Of a stretch of 64,000 nucleotides of DNA, positions 9,842-23,275 are shown one piece after another (the stretch's first letter is position 1; every line of letters begins with the position of its first letter). The stretch spans positions 16,370,001 to 16,434,000 of the forward strand of contig NC_086109.1 of the NCBI RefSeq assembly GCF_963921235.1, given 5' to 3'. This stretch comes from Mobula hypostoma. Lineage: Eukaryota. The notes below the pieces were generated by a model, which did no database searches, had not been told where the DNA came from, and saw only the letters and a program-made list of their open reading frames with translations. The translations under genes and the position numbers were made by a program.

Positions 9842-12800
9842 AGACGATAAGACATAGGAGTAGAATTATGCCAAATCTGCTTCACCATTCCATCATGGCT
9901 GATTTATTATCCCTCTCAACCCCATTCTCCTGCCTTCTCCCCATAACCCTGACTAATCAGGAACATATCAACCTCCACCTTAAATATATCCAACGTCGGC
10001 CTCCACAGCTGCCTGTGGCAATGAATTCCACAGATTTACCACTCTCTGGCTAAAGAAATTCCTCCTCATCTCTATTCTAAATGGACATCTCTCTAGTCTG
10101 ATGCCGTGGCCTCTGGTCCAGAACACACCTAGTATGAGAAACATCCTCCCTGCAACTACTCTATCCAGACTATTCAATATTCAAAAGGTTTCAATGCGAT
10201 ATCCCTTCATTCTTCTAAACTCTTGTGATTACAGGCTCAGAGCCAATATATACTTCTCAGCTGTTAAGCCTTTCATTCCTGGAATCATTCTCATGAACCT
10301 CTTCTGGACTCCCTCCAATGTCAGTAATTTGTCCTTAGATAAGGGCCCAAATCTGCTCACAATACTCCAAGCACAGTCCAACAAATGCCTTATGAAGCCT
10401 CAGCATTACATCCCTGCTCTTATATTCTAGTCCTCTCAAAATTAACACTAGCATTGCAATTACCTTCTTAACCTGCATGTTAACATTTAGTGAATCCTGC
10501 ACAATGACTTCCAAGTCTTCAGTCAGAAAATAGCCTACTCTGCAGCTTTATTCCTTCTACCAAAGTGCATGACCATATACTTCCCTACACTATATCTATC
10601 TGCTACTTCTTTGACCATTCTCCCAATCTGTCTAGGTCCTTCTGTAGACTCCCTGTGTCATAAGGGGGGCACTGGGAGTGGACCCAAAAGCAAGACAGAC
10701 ACTGAAGTACTAGGAACAGGACTAGGATACAGGGCCAGGGCTAGGACTAGACTAGGAAAGCAGGACCTGGTCGAGGAACAAGGAACTTGGAAACTAGACA
10801 AGGACTTGACTTGGGCTTGGACCCCAGATCTAGGCAAGGACAAGATATGGCTACAGAACTGGACGTGGAACTCCTGCACAGGACAAGAACACAAAGACGT
10901 GGCTTGGACAAGACGAGGTACTGCTGAGCTGGGTGAGGCACAAGGACAGGGTGAGACCCGAAAGCCTTGATTTGGAATTGGGAGACATGAACGCAGAACA
11001 CAGACCCTTGGTCTTGGGAGACAGGACGTAGGGCCAGGACTCATACACAGAATGCTGAACACAACAAGATGGTTCTCAACACAAGGTAGCAGGAAACAGC
11101 CAGACCTACTTAGCGAAGGCATGGACACAGAGACAGTTCCCAACACTAGGTAGCAGCAAGCAGCCAGACCTATCTAGCAAAAGCATGGACACAGAGACAG
11201 TTCCAAACAACAATAGACAGTTCCTTATCTAAACACAACAAGGCCTCCGGTCTTGTTCCAGCAGTAGAACTTGACAGCAATACAGGCAGGGACACAGACA
11301 AGGTTGCAGGCAAGACTTCAGGCAGAAGGTGAAGAGAAGGGAACAGTCTAGCAAATGAAGATGAACCCAGGAGCTATTTATGTGGCCAGCCCAAAATCAG
11401 AATCATGTGCCTCAATTAAGGCACCAACAGAACAAGGGAAAACCGGAAAATCTGGAATACGGATCGATGGACTGGACCGTGAACCGGAATGCAGACTTCA
11501 TGGACCGGACCATGACACCCTGCTTCCTGAACACTACTTGCCTCTCAACCTATCTTTGTATTGTCTGCAAACTTGGCCACAAAGCCATCAATTCCATCAT
11601 CCATATTGTTCATATATAACATGAAACACCACTAGTCACTGGCAGCCAACCCAGAAAAGGTCCCATTTATTCCCACTCTTTGCCTCCTGCCAGTCAGCCA
11701 ATCTTCTATCTACGTTTGTATATATCCTCTAATACCATGGGCTGTTATCTTGTTAATCAGCCTCATGTGTGGCACCTTATCATGGACCTTCTGAAAATCC
11801 AAGGTCACCACATCCACTCACTCTCCTTTGCCTACCTTGCCTGTATTTCCTCAAATAATTCCGACAAGATTTGTCAAAAAAGATTTCCCCTTGAGAAAAA
11901 CGTACTGACTATGGCCTATTTTATCATGTGCCTCCCAGTACCCCGAAACCTCATCCTTAAAAATGGACTCCAACATCTTGCCAACTACTGAACTCAGGCT
12001 AACTGTCCTATAATTTCCTTTCTTTTGCCTTCCTCCGTTTTTAAAGAATGGAGTACATTTGCAGTGTTCCAGTCCTCCGAAACCATTCCAGAATCTAGTG
12101 ATTCTTGAAAGATCATTGCTAATACCTCCACAGTCTCGTCTGCTACCTCTTTCAGAACCCTGGGGTGTAGTCCATGTGATTTATCTACCTTCAGGTGTTT
12201 CATTTTCCCAAGCACCACCTCCTTAGTGATCGCAACAACAATCACCTTTGCCCCTTGACACTCTCTAATTTCTGGCATACTTCTAGTGTCTTCCATAGTG
12301 AAAACTGATGCAAAATACTTAGTAAGTTCCTCTGCTATTTCTTTGCCCCCATTACTACCTCTCCAGCATCATTTTCCAGCAGTACTCTTTATATATTTGA
12401 AAAATAAACTTTTGTTATCATCTTATTTGATTGGCTAGCTTCCCTTCATAGTTAGTCTTTTCTTCCGTATGGCTTACTATTTGCCTTCTGTTGGGATTTA
12501 AAATATTCCTAATCCTCTAACGTCCCACTAATTTTTGCTATAGTGTATGCCCTCTGCTTTGTTTTGTGCTGTCTTTGACTTCCCTTATCAGCCATGGTTG
12601 TTTCAGCCTCCCTTTAGAATACTTATTCATCTTTGGGATATATTTATTTTGTGCCTTCTGAATTGCCCTCAGAAACTCCAGCTGTCATGATGTTTTGCCA
12701 TCATCCCTGTTAGTGTCCCCTTCCAATCAACTTTGGCCCCTTATTCCACTGCGGTACTGATATATCTGACTTTATCTTCTTCCTGTCAAAATGTGGGTAA

Positions 12801-12980
12801 GTTATGATCACTGCTTCCTCATGGTTTCTTTACCTTACACTCCCTAATTTCATTACTCAACGCCCAATCCACAGTTGCCTTTCCCCTAGTGCACACAACA
12901 CAAGCTGCTCTAAAAAGCAATCTTGTAGACATTCTACAAATTCTTTCTGTTGGGATTCAACACCAATCTACCTGCATATT
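9842..12980 (-). mobile_element. Degenerate CR1/HER1 LINE, interrupted by a solo LTR
   Basis: CR1 RT-type peptides (RRNFFSQRVVNLWNSLPQ; LHPRVLKEVADE...IFQESLDSGMVSEDW) and CR1 3' tail ctactcctatgtcttat. Confidence 0.88.
10656..11517 (-). mobile_element. Solo LTR (probably Gypsy-type)
   Basis: TGTCAT...ATGACA termini; 5-bp TSD ccctg at 10651-10655 and 11518-11522; CR1 sequence resumes on both sides; strand inferred from TATA-like cataaatagc. Confidence 0.8.
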
Positions 12981-13829
12981 AGTGCCTCCAGCGCTCTGTA
13001 GGAGAGGATGTTGCTAACAAAACTGGTGTCAATCCAATTGGTTCTATTTAATGGTCACAGATGGTAGGGGGTGAAGTGACAAAAAAATTGCATCTCATTG
13101 CATCTCTTTAAAAATATGTTAAAATGGGCATCTTGAATATGTGAATTAAAGGTCTCTTTAAGGATCCCTTAATTATGTTAATGAGTGACCCACTGCCAAT
13201 TTACACTTTGAATAGGTCAATGAAAACCTAAAAAAAATTGTTGGAGCTGGAGCTCTTGAGTCTGTTAAAGTGCCCTGTGAAATGTGTTAATAGTCAGTCC
13301 AGCAGCCTATTTCCTGTTTAAGGGGCACTTGAATATGTTGAATAGGTGAACTAAGATAGCGCCATTAAGTGGCAACTCTGCATGCAGCTCTGAAGAGAAT
13401 CGCTAAGTAGTCCTGTTTAGGATTACTACAGCTAAAATTCACAGAAACAGCAATGGATATATCAGTAAGCAGCATCATTTTAAGGCAGTTTAAAAATCTA
13501 TTGATTCTCAAAATCGAACCTCACTTGACAGACTCAAGTTGCAGGTGCAGTTCCCCTTTAAGAAAACAGAAGTGGGGACACTGTTCTGGTTTACAGGTAC
13601 AATTGAGTGCAGAGGCCTTAGACTTACACTTCGGACTATCTGCTGGTGAGTGTACAGTCTCTGGAAAATAAACTTGATGACCTCAAACCAAGATTGCTCC
13701 ACCAGAGGGACATCAGAGACTGCTGTGTACTCTACACATGTAAACTTGGCTGTCCTCCACCATTTCAGAAGTAACGTTGCAGCCCAATGGCTTCACCGTT
13801 CTCTGCAAAGACATGGCAGCTTAGTCTTT

Positions 13830-16800
13830 TAAAGGCAGAAGAGGTGGCATATGCTTTATGATTAACTGATCATGATGCACAATTGTGGCAGTTCTGTCTC
13901 AGTTCTGCTCACCTGGCGTGAGCTAGCAATCAAATATCATCCATTTTATCTGCTGAGGGGCTTTTCGCTGTCATTCTGATAGCAGTGTTCATTCCACCTC
14001 AGGCCAACATCATGCAGGCACTGGAGAAACTGAGCAAGATAATTAGCAGACACGAAACTGCACACCCTGATATCTTCCCTGTCATTGCGGGAGATTTCAA
14101 CCATGCCAGCTTGAAGAAGTCACCAAACAACTACCACCAACATATCACCTGTGGAACCACAGGAGCCAACACACTTGACCACAGTTATATCACATGAAAA
14201 ATGCTTACTGTACCACCCCATGTCCAATTTGGAAAGTCCGATCACCTGGCTATACTTCTGCTCCCAGTGAATAGGCAGAGTCTAAAGGCCATATCACTGG
14301 TAGTGAGGGCCAAGCAGGTACGGTCACAAGAGGTGGAAGAGTGCTTGCAGCGCTGCTTTGAATCAGTGGACTGGTCTAAATTCCAGGATTCATCTTCGAG
14401 TCAGAATAAGTAAGCCACAGTTATCACTAACATCATCAAGACCTAAATGGATAACTGTGTGCCTTCAAGAACACACCAGACATACCAAATCCAAAAAGCC
14501 ATGGATGAACCAGAAGATTACTAGTCTGCTGAGGGCTGGAGCTGTGGCATTCAAGACTGATCATGCAGAAATATGCAAGAAAATAAGTCCAGGTACGACC
14601 TACGGAAGGTTATTTTAACAGTGAAAAAACAATTCCAATTAAGGATAGAGATTCAAAGGTTTAAAGGTCGAATTTAATGTCAGAGAAATGTATCCAATGT
14701 ACATCCTGAAATGCTTTTTCTTCACAAACATCCACAAAAACAGAGAAGTGACCCAAAGAATGAATGACAGTTAAACATGAGAACCCCAAAGTCAACGCCC
14801 CAGCTCCCCCCCGCGTGTAAGTGGCAGCAAGCAATGAACCCCCACCACCAGCAAAAAACGCGAGCATCAGTACCGTCACTGAGCCCAAGCGTGAGCTAAG
14901 CAATAGCAAAGACACAGACCAAAGTTACCCCAAAGGCTTTGCATTTTATCCGACATTCGACAAACCACAGGTTCTCTCGCTCTCTGGCAAGGGGAGGGAG
15001 GTGTCCCCCATTTTCACAATGAGCGGGAGACATAACAACCCGCTGGTTTATGATGTTAAAAGTCTGTTTTCGTCGCTTTTTTCGAGCTCTGTGTCCGAAG
15101 ATCGCAAAGACCTCGGGTCTTTGGGCCAACAGCGAAAGATTTTCCAGCCTCCCCGACAACACACGAGTCTCCTGCCGTGACACCGGCCCTCCATCCGCCC
15201 GTCTCCAGAGTCCTGAGAACTTAGACTTCTGAGCAGGATCGAGACTCTCAGGCCAAACCCTTGGCATGTCGAATAGCAACCAGTCGTGGAACCCCGAGAA
15301 CGGGTCCCATTCCTGCAAAGAACCAAAGCCTGCGTGTAACACCAGGTCAGGGTCTTCAAAAGAACCGTGAAAGAGAAAAGTAAAAATATTAAATGTGGAA
15401 ATAGAGCTGTTTCTGAAGGTGCAAGCAAAGGAGTGCCGTTAGGCACCATTATCCCTCCTAAGCTCCTAAGATGGAATCGAATGCACGTCAGCTCTGGCAG
15501 GGTTTGCAGGCCATTACTTCCTGCAAAATGAATCCTAACATCATGAATGGCTGTAACGCTTCACTCCCAGATGAGGACAATGCCTTTTATGCCCACTTTG
15601 AAAGGGAGAATAAAACTACAACTGCAGCATCTGGTGACCCTGTGATCTCTGTCTCAGAGGCTGATTTCAGAACATCTTTCAAGGGGTGAAGCTTCCCACA
15701 AGGCATCAGGCCCTGATGGTGTACCTGGCACGGCTCTGAAAACCACTGCCAATCAACTGGCAGAAGTGTTCAAGGACATCTTCAATCCCTCATTGCTGCA
15801 TTTGGAGGTTCTCACCTGCTTCAAAAGGGTGACAATCGTACAGTGCTTAAGAAGAGCAGGGTGAGCTGCCTCAAAGAGAATCATCCAGTTGCTCTCACGT
15901 CTACTGGGATGAAATGCTTTGAGAGGTTGGTTATGGCTGAAATCAACTCCTGCCTCAGCAAGAACCTGGACGCGCTACAATAGGCCAACAGCGGATGCAG
16001 TCTCCCTGACTCTCCACTTGGCCTTGGATCTTCTGGATAATAGTAACACCTATGACAGGCGGCTGTTAATTGACTACAGCTCAGCATTGAACGCAATCAT
16101 ACTCACAGTCCTAATCAACGAGCTCCAAAGCCTGGGCCTCTGTACCTCCCTCTGAAACTGGATCCATTACTTCCTCACCGGAAATAACATCTCCCTCCTC
16201 ACTGACAATCAATACTGGTGCTCCTCAAGGATGTGTGCTTAGCCCACTGATTTACTTCCTCTACACCCGCAACTGTGTGTGGCAGGACAAATGCCTTCTG
16301 TAGATTTGCTAATGAAACAGGTTGGCAGAATTTCAGATGGTGACAAGGAGGTGTACAAGAGCAAGAGAGAACAGCTGGTTAAGTGGCGTTGCAGCAATAA
16401 CCATGCACTCAATGTCAGTAAGACGATGGAATTGAGATTGTGGATTTCAGGAAGGGGAAGTCGAGAAACTCACACCAGTCCTCACCGAGGGATCGGAGTG
16501 GAAAAGGTGAGCAGTTTCAAGTTCATACATGTCACCATCTCTGAGGATCTATCCTAGGCCCAGCATATTGATGCAATTACCAAGAACACACAACAGTCCT
16601 TGAGTTTGAGATTTGGTATCTCACCAAAGACTCTTGTAATTTTCTACAGATGTACCATGGAGAGCATTTTAACTGTTGTATCACTGTCGGGTATGGAGGG
16701 GCCACTGCACAGGATTGGGAAAAAGCTGCAGAAAGCTGTAAACTCAGACAATTCCATCATGGGCACTAACATCCCCAACATCCAGGACACCTTCAAAAGG

Positions 16801-17200
16801 GAATTCCTCAGAAAGGTGACATCCATCACCCAGGACAAACCCTTTTCTCATTGCTACCATCAAGGAGGAGGTACGGGAGCCTGAAGACACACACTCAGCA
16901 TTTCAGCAAAAACTTTTTCCCCACTGCCATCTGATTTTTGAATGGACATTGAACCCATGAACACTAACTCAGTTAGTTTTTTTGTCTTTAATTCCTCTCT
17001 TTTTGCACTACTTATTGAATTTATTTTTTATCAATACTGCATTGCTTAAAAATGATTTATATTTATATATAATTATAAATTACAATAAATATATATATAT
17101 CTGTAGTAATTTATAGTTTTTGTTATAATCTATTGTAACGTAATGTTGCCACAAAACAGCAAATTTCGTGATATATGCCAGTCATGTTAAATCAGATTCT
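13830..17200 (+). mobile_element. Degenerate Rex1/Babar LINE (APE endonuclease + RT), interrupted at ~14652-15468
   Basis: FIPPQAN...IAGDFNHASL...NTLDHSY and FGKSDH (APE); LLIDYSSALNAI, GAPQGCVLSPL, KTLVIFYRCTMESILT (RT and C-terminus); many frameshifts. Confidence 0.88.
14652..15468 (-). mobile_element. Unclassified, CpG-retaining retro-insertion nested in the Rex1/Babar copy
   Basis: Interrupts the LINE reading frame; minus-strand end has a LINE-like tail (gacattaaattcgacctttaaacctttgaa). Confidence 0.55.
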
Positions 17201-17689
17201 GAATCTGTTATTGAGGTAATCAATTTATTGGCTCCTTGGGGAAGTTAGTCAGTGGCCATTCCCATTCGTGAATTTGTTATAATCCATCACCTCACTCCTT
17301 CACACTTCAACTACCAGTGAATTGGAATTGCTTTATTATTGTCTCATGTACCAAGGAGCAGTGAAAAGTTTGTTATACAGATCAATTCATTACACAGTGC
17401 ATTGAGGTAGTGCAAGGTTAAAAAAAATGGAGAATTAAGTGTAACAGCTGCAGAGAAAGTGCAGGACAGATAGACAATAAGACCATAAGGAGCTAGATTG
17501 GGAGGTCAATGGTCCATCTTATCGTACTGAGGAACCATTCAATAGACTTAAACAGTGGAGTAGATGCTGTCCATTTCTCCCCCAAGCATAATTTTATAGC
17601 ACCGCCAAAAGTTTCCCACCAGCGATTTTACCTCTCCTCTGCTCACAGGGCTTAACTTGAGAACTGCTGCCCACAAGGCAAATGGTTTA

Positions 17690-18415
17690 ATAGAATGGGA
17701 GGGATCTCACTGAAACCTATCAAATATTGAAAAGCCTGGATAGAGTGGATGTAGAGTGGATGTGGAGAGGATGTTTCCTTTAGCAGGGGAGTCTCAGATC
17801 AGAGGGCACAGAGGGATACCCCTACTATCCACTTACCTATCCAAAGTTATCTTAAAAGTTGAAATTGAGCTTGCATGCATCACTGGTGCTGGCAACTCGT
17901 TCCACACTCTCGTGACCCTCTGAGTCAAGAAGTTTCCCCTCATGTTCCCATTAAGCTTCTCACATTTCACCCTTAACCCATCACCCACCCAACCTCAGTG
18001 GAAAAAGCCTGCTTGCATTTGCATTGAACCTTAGCTGATTCATTTTTCCTTTCTGCCCCAATCTCTTGCTTTCTCCCTGTATCCCCTCATATCTTAACCA
18101 ATCAAAAATCTATCAACTTCTGTCTTAAATATACATAGATTTGGGCTCCATAGCCACCTGTGGCAACAATTTCCACAGATTCATCACTCTCTGGCTAAAG
18201 AAATTTCTCCTTATCTCCTTTCTAAAAGGATACCCCTCTATTCTGAGACTTTGTCCTCTAATCCTAGACTCTCCCTCCACAGGAAACATCCTCTCCACAT
18301 CCACTCTATCAAGGCCTTTCAACATTCAATAGGTTTCAATTAGGTCACCATTCACTCTTCTAAATTCTTGTGAATACCGGCTCAGAGCCATAAAACACCC
18401 TTTATATGACAAGCC
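17690..18415. mobile_element. Cluster of CR1/HER1 3' fragments in both orientations
   Basis: ORF 18125-18325 (LKGLDRVDVERMFP...RRNFFSQRVMNLW). Confidence 0.8.
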
Positions 18416-18419
18416 TACA

Positions 18420-18910
18420 TCCTAGGTTGTGTTGAGACACATCACCAGTGACGTAACCTGGGGTCATCAGGTGTTATGACATCAGATACCCTCACCCTTG
18501 TGACCCAGCCAGGGTTGATCAGACCCTGGCTTGTGTCCCAGGAGTATTGGTCCGCAGGTCACACCTCTTGATCCATAGCCATCTGGAGGCTCGCTCAGCA
18601 GCCTCTGTGACGATCCTGATGGCTCTTCTCTTTGCAGCCCTCATAATGCCAAGGAGAGAGTAGGTTCTGTACAGCGAGCAGCCAGGAAAACCTCTATACC
18701 CCACCTCTATAAGTTTGCATCATGTCCTCCACCCCTGTCTCCTGGAATTTGGCTTTCTTGCGCTCAAATACCTTCTCTATCCCGTCTTTCCAAGGCACTG
18801 ATAGTTCTACCATGAGCACCTGCTTCAAGGTTTCTGACAGAATGACCATGTCAGACCTTAGTGATGATGATGTGATGAAGTCAGGGAGCTTTAATTGCTT
18901 GCCAAGATCT
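18420..18910 (-). mobile_element. HERO-like (R2 group, restriction-like endonuclease) non-LTR retrotransposon 3' fragment
   Basis: Translates DLGKQLKLPDFITSSSLRSDMVILSETLKQVLMVELSVPWKD...ERKKAKF / IEVGYRGF...EAAERASRWLWIKR, a PD-(D/E)xK-type RLE C-terminus, followed by a 3' UTR. Confidence 0.8.
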
Positions 18911-19129
18911 TAACTTTCTCCTGAGACTCACCACATAAGTCTTATGTCCCTGTATTCAGCACATGTATTGTACTCAGTCATGACCTGTTTAACCCCAATG
19001 AGTTTTCCCTCATCTTGCACCAATGTTGTTATGTTTATTTTGCTAATGTTGCCATGTAAATTATGTATAGTTTATGTTAATTTATGCTTATCATGTTTGC
19101 ATTGCCCTGGCCATTTATATCCAAGTTAT

Positions 19130-19760
19130 TAGGGTTGCTAAAGAAGATATGTGTTGTGTTGGCCTTCAATAGTCAGCAGATTGAGTTCAAAAGTCATGAG
19201 GTAATGTCGCAGCTCTACAAAACTCTGGTTACACCACACTTGGACTATTATGTTCAATTCTGGTTGCCTCATTATAGGAAGGAGGTGGAAGCTTTACAGA
19301 GGGTGCAAGGGAAATCTACCAGGATACTGCCTAGATTAGAGAACGTGTCTAACTAGGAAAGGTTGAGCGAGCTAGGGCTTTTCTCTTTGGAACAAAGTAA
19401 GATGGGAAGTGATTTGACAGAAGTGTATATGATGATAAGGGGCATTGACAGACTGGGTCTTTTTCCCTGGGAGAAACTGGCTAATACGAGAGGGTGTAAT
19501 TTTAAGGTGATTGGAGGAAAGTACATGGGGGATGTCAGAATTAGGTTTTTTTTTACACAGAGTGATGGGTGCATGGAACGTGCTGCCAGAGGTGGTGGTA
19601 GAATCAGATATGCTATGGACATTTAAAAGACTCTTAGACACATGGGTGAATGAAAAATGATGGTCTTTGTGGAGGGAAGCTTGAGATCAATCTTGGAGTG
19701 GGTTAACCGGTTGGCACAACATTGTGGGCCGAAGGGCCTGTACTGTGTTCTATTTTCTAT
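19130..19760 (+). mobile_element. CR1/HER1 LINE 3' fragment
   Basis: LYKTLVTPHLDYYVQFWLPHYRKEVEALQRVQ; tail gggccgaagggcctgtactgtgttcta. Confidence 0.88.
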
Positions 19761-22729
19761 AACAATAAACTTCAACTTGAAATGTTGGGTGTCCGTTTCA
19801 CTCTGCAGAAGCAATCTGACCCCCTGAGTTCCTCCAGCATCTTGTTTTCTGTATGTGATGTAATTTTATATGTTTTGTAGCTGAGGCACTGAGAAAGACA
19901 ATGTCCACTGGAATAAAGAATCTGCGTTATATTTTAAAATCAAGCCTACACACCTTACTTGCGGGAATGTTTTCTGCCTGAACGATGAATGAAGTGGCTG
20001 TAAAAGAACTCCCACTCTGACTGAACTCTCCCTCCCCCATCCCAGCTGCATCAGAATAACTGCAATCTGTAAAAGGCCACTATTTTGGTGTTTTAACAAA
20101 AAATAATGTGCTGTTGTCATGGTGAGCATTGACATTTAGCCAAAGATGATCCCTTCTGTGTGACCGGTGCCCAGTGGCAGTCCCGACCACCTTGTACCAG
20201 TCCATGACGTTAGGTGACTGGAGCCCCTCGGAATCTGTTTGGAGTGCAATCCCTCTTTGCTCCCAATGAAGAGAGTGTTTGAAGTGGGGAGCCCCCTCCT
20301 CCTTCCTCCTTTCATCCAGATGTTTGGGAGGACTGTAGGCAGGGAGGCAGATTACGCTTGTGTTCACTGTTCAATATCTTCCACCAACCGCACAGACCTC
20401 CTCCCCCCAACAGTGTCACTTTCTAACGTGAATGATTTATTGCTGCACAACTTCTCTTTGTGTTTCTGTTTGTTTTGAGTGATCGTGCGTTTTGTTCTCA
20501 TTCAGCCTTCAACATGCGGTGATGTCTTGCTTTGACTCCCTGACGGGAAATTCTCTTGTTTGCCACTTATCACCGATAACCCCCTTTAAAAGGACTACAA
20601 AAAGCACACAACGCATCTTGGCATCAGTATGTTAGAAGTTAACTGGTGTAATATTAGAAGAATCGGGGGCTCAGGAGGTTCAACAAATAAGCAAATTGCC
20701 TCATAGAAACATAGAAAATCTACAGCACAATACAGGCCCTTTGGCCCACAATGCTGTGCCTCCTTGAGTTTCTGCTGTAGGCCCTGTTCTGTTGATGCTG
20801 AGGACATCAGTTTAATGGGGACATATATAGATGGGAGACAACCACTCCCCAGTCTGTATCAGTGTTCTGACTAATGCCCTTTCTGTGACAATCTCTAAAA
20901 CTGGGAAATTGTATGGTACCCCAATAACTGAAAAGGGGTCAAATTTAGTTTGATTAGGCTGTGAGACGGCCCCGGCTGCTGTGCTTGGTGTCTGTGAACT
21001 TTGTGGCAATTTGCTCTGCTAATATGATGAACTGATACCAAGGCTTTGGGCCTACTCTGGGCTGATCTGGGGATTTGGCTCTAAGGACTCAAGTTGGTTC
21101 GGAATGCTGTTGTTGTTGCTCACCTCTGTTGTTTGCATGATTTGTGTTTTTTTTTCTTTCTATACGCATTGGAAGTTGGCCTTTATTTTCGGCTTTATTT
21201 GTTTTTAATTGGGTTCTTTCAGGTTTCTTGCTTTACCTGTAAGTAGACGAATCTTAAGGTTGTATAATTTATATATTCTTTTGAATCTTGAATCTTGATT
21301 ACTACAGAAGTGCTTACTATATAAGCAGGATCATTGCAATGATAGATCTTTTCTCTTTGCAGCGTGGGCAGCTGGCACCTTTTTTTCCCAGGGCACCAAT
21401 AGCTGATACCGAAGCACATACTTTTAAGATGAGTGGAGGAATATTTAGAGGAGATGTCAGAGGAAGGGTTTTTACACAGAGATAGGTTCCTGAAACAATG
21501 CTAGGGGTGGTGATAGATGCAGAAATGTTTGGGATATTGAAGAGACTCTTAGATTGGGACATGGGTGAAAGAAAAATTGAGGGTTATAGGCTGTGAAGGG
21601 GGAGGGGTGGCTAGACTGATCACGGAATAGGTTGAAAGGTCATGGTAGGCTGGAGGGTCCATTCTGTACTGTGCTATCTATGTTCAAAGTACTGCGTACT
21701 CTGCTTCTACTGTTTTATTCCCCAGGAGCTCTGATCTTGAAAGTGGGCAAGGCAATTAAATGTAGTGGTGAATTTACGAGGTAATCGAGAAGAAGTTTAT
21801 TTGGGAACACCACAGGGTGAGGGTGTTGCATTGTGCAGTCAATCCCACATACATAAATCTGAATTTGGCTGTTTACTCACTTTCTATTCATGAACCCAGC
21901 CAAGCTGTAAACTGGCCAGTGGCTTCATGTCGAACGGCTCCCGCGCAGAGTCACTGATCTGAATGGCACAAGCTTTACAACTGGCTCGTAGCTTGTTCCT
22001 CAATGGTGCCTGGATCAGTTCCCTGTACTTCATCTGAAAGGCCGTGGGCCTTAGGCCTGGCTGTAGTTGCTAACGTTGTAGTTCAACAATGAGGGACAGT
22101 TTGTGTGTGGAGCTTGTTGACTCAGGTTTATTGTGATCACTCACAACACGCGCCCCAAATCCCCCCAGATTACTAAAGGTGCTGAGCTATAAAGAACTTG
22201 AATTTGATTTAAAAACCCTCATACTTTTTGCAGAAATACATTTTGCCTGAAAATTGAAACATGTGGCTATCAGAAAGCTTCTATTTTACCAGAACTCTCC
22301 CTCACAAATTTAATTTAAAAATAATCTTGATAATAATCTTGCAGAGATGCATAGTAGTATCAGAAAGTATAAACTGTTACTTCTACTATGGTGATCATTT
22401 TTAGTTATATGCCTCGTTTAATAAGACCACATAAAATTCTCTGGAGGAGTGAACATTGCCACAGAAGATGGATATTCCCATAATATTTTGGCACACAGAG
22501 CCTATTAACCCTATTAAATTTATGTTGGTTCTTGGAAAATTCCATTCAATCCCATTCCCCTGTTTCTGTGAATCTAATTTATTATCTCTCATGGACACAT
22601 AATCTCCACCCTGATTCTCCTGCTAACCACCTACACTCAGAGTAATTTACAAAGACCAGTTAATCTACTGACCAGCATGTCTTTGGGATGTGAGAGGCAA
22701 CCTGGAGTCAGAAGAGAAACCCAACAAAT

Positions 22730-23275
22730 CAAGTCAAGTTTATCGTCGCTTAACCATGTACACATATACCATCAAACGAGACAATGTTTCCCCGAACCAG
22801 GATGTAAAGCATAGTAGTACGCATAACACACAATAACTAAGGAAAGTAAGGATGAAATCGACAGATGAATTATGCATAAATAAACAAACTAAAGTGCATA
22901 AATTAAATATTGTAAGTTCAGAACAGATCAACCAGTGACACTTTGAATACAATGCAGCAGGGAGTTCAGAAGCCTAATGGCCTGAGGGAAGAAACTGTTC
23001 CCCATCCTGACCATTCTAGTTTTTATGCACAGTCTCCTGTCTGATTAGAGAAAGTGAAAGAGGATGCTGGATGGATGGATGGGATCCTTAATAAAACTAA
23101 GGGCCCTGCGTACACAGCACTCCTGATAAATGTCCCTGATGGATGGTAGGGAGACCCCTATAAGCCTCTCAGCCATTCTTACAGTCCTTTGTAGGGTCCT
23201 CTGGTCCGATGCTCGGCTGTTCCCATCCTAGGTGGAGATGCAGGCTGTCAGGGCACTCTCAGTGGTGCTCCTATA
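22730..23275 (-). mobile_element. Rex1/Babar-type LINE 3' fragment
   Basis: Minus strand ends in a (acttg)n tail; encodes IKDPIHPSSILFHF...TRMVRMGNSFFPQAIRLLNS-type C-terminus. Confidence 0.75.

Noticed and set aside
20080..20478. Short ORFs in unique sequence
   Set aside because: No recognisable domain or convincing splice-site pair; the same applies to most 60-200 aa ORFs in the track, which are TE antisense or low-complexity frames.
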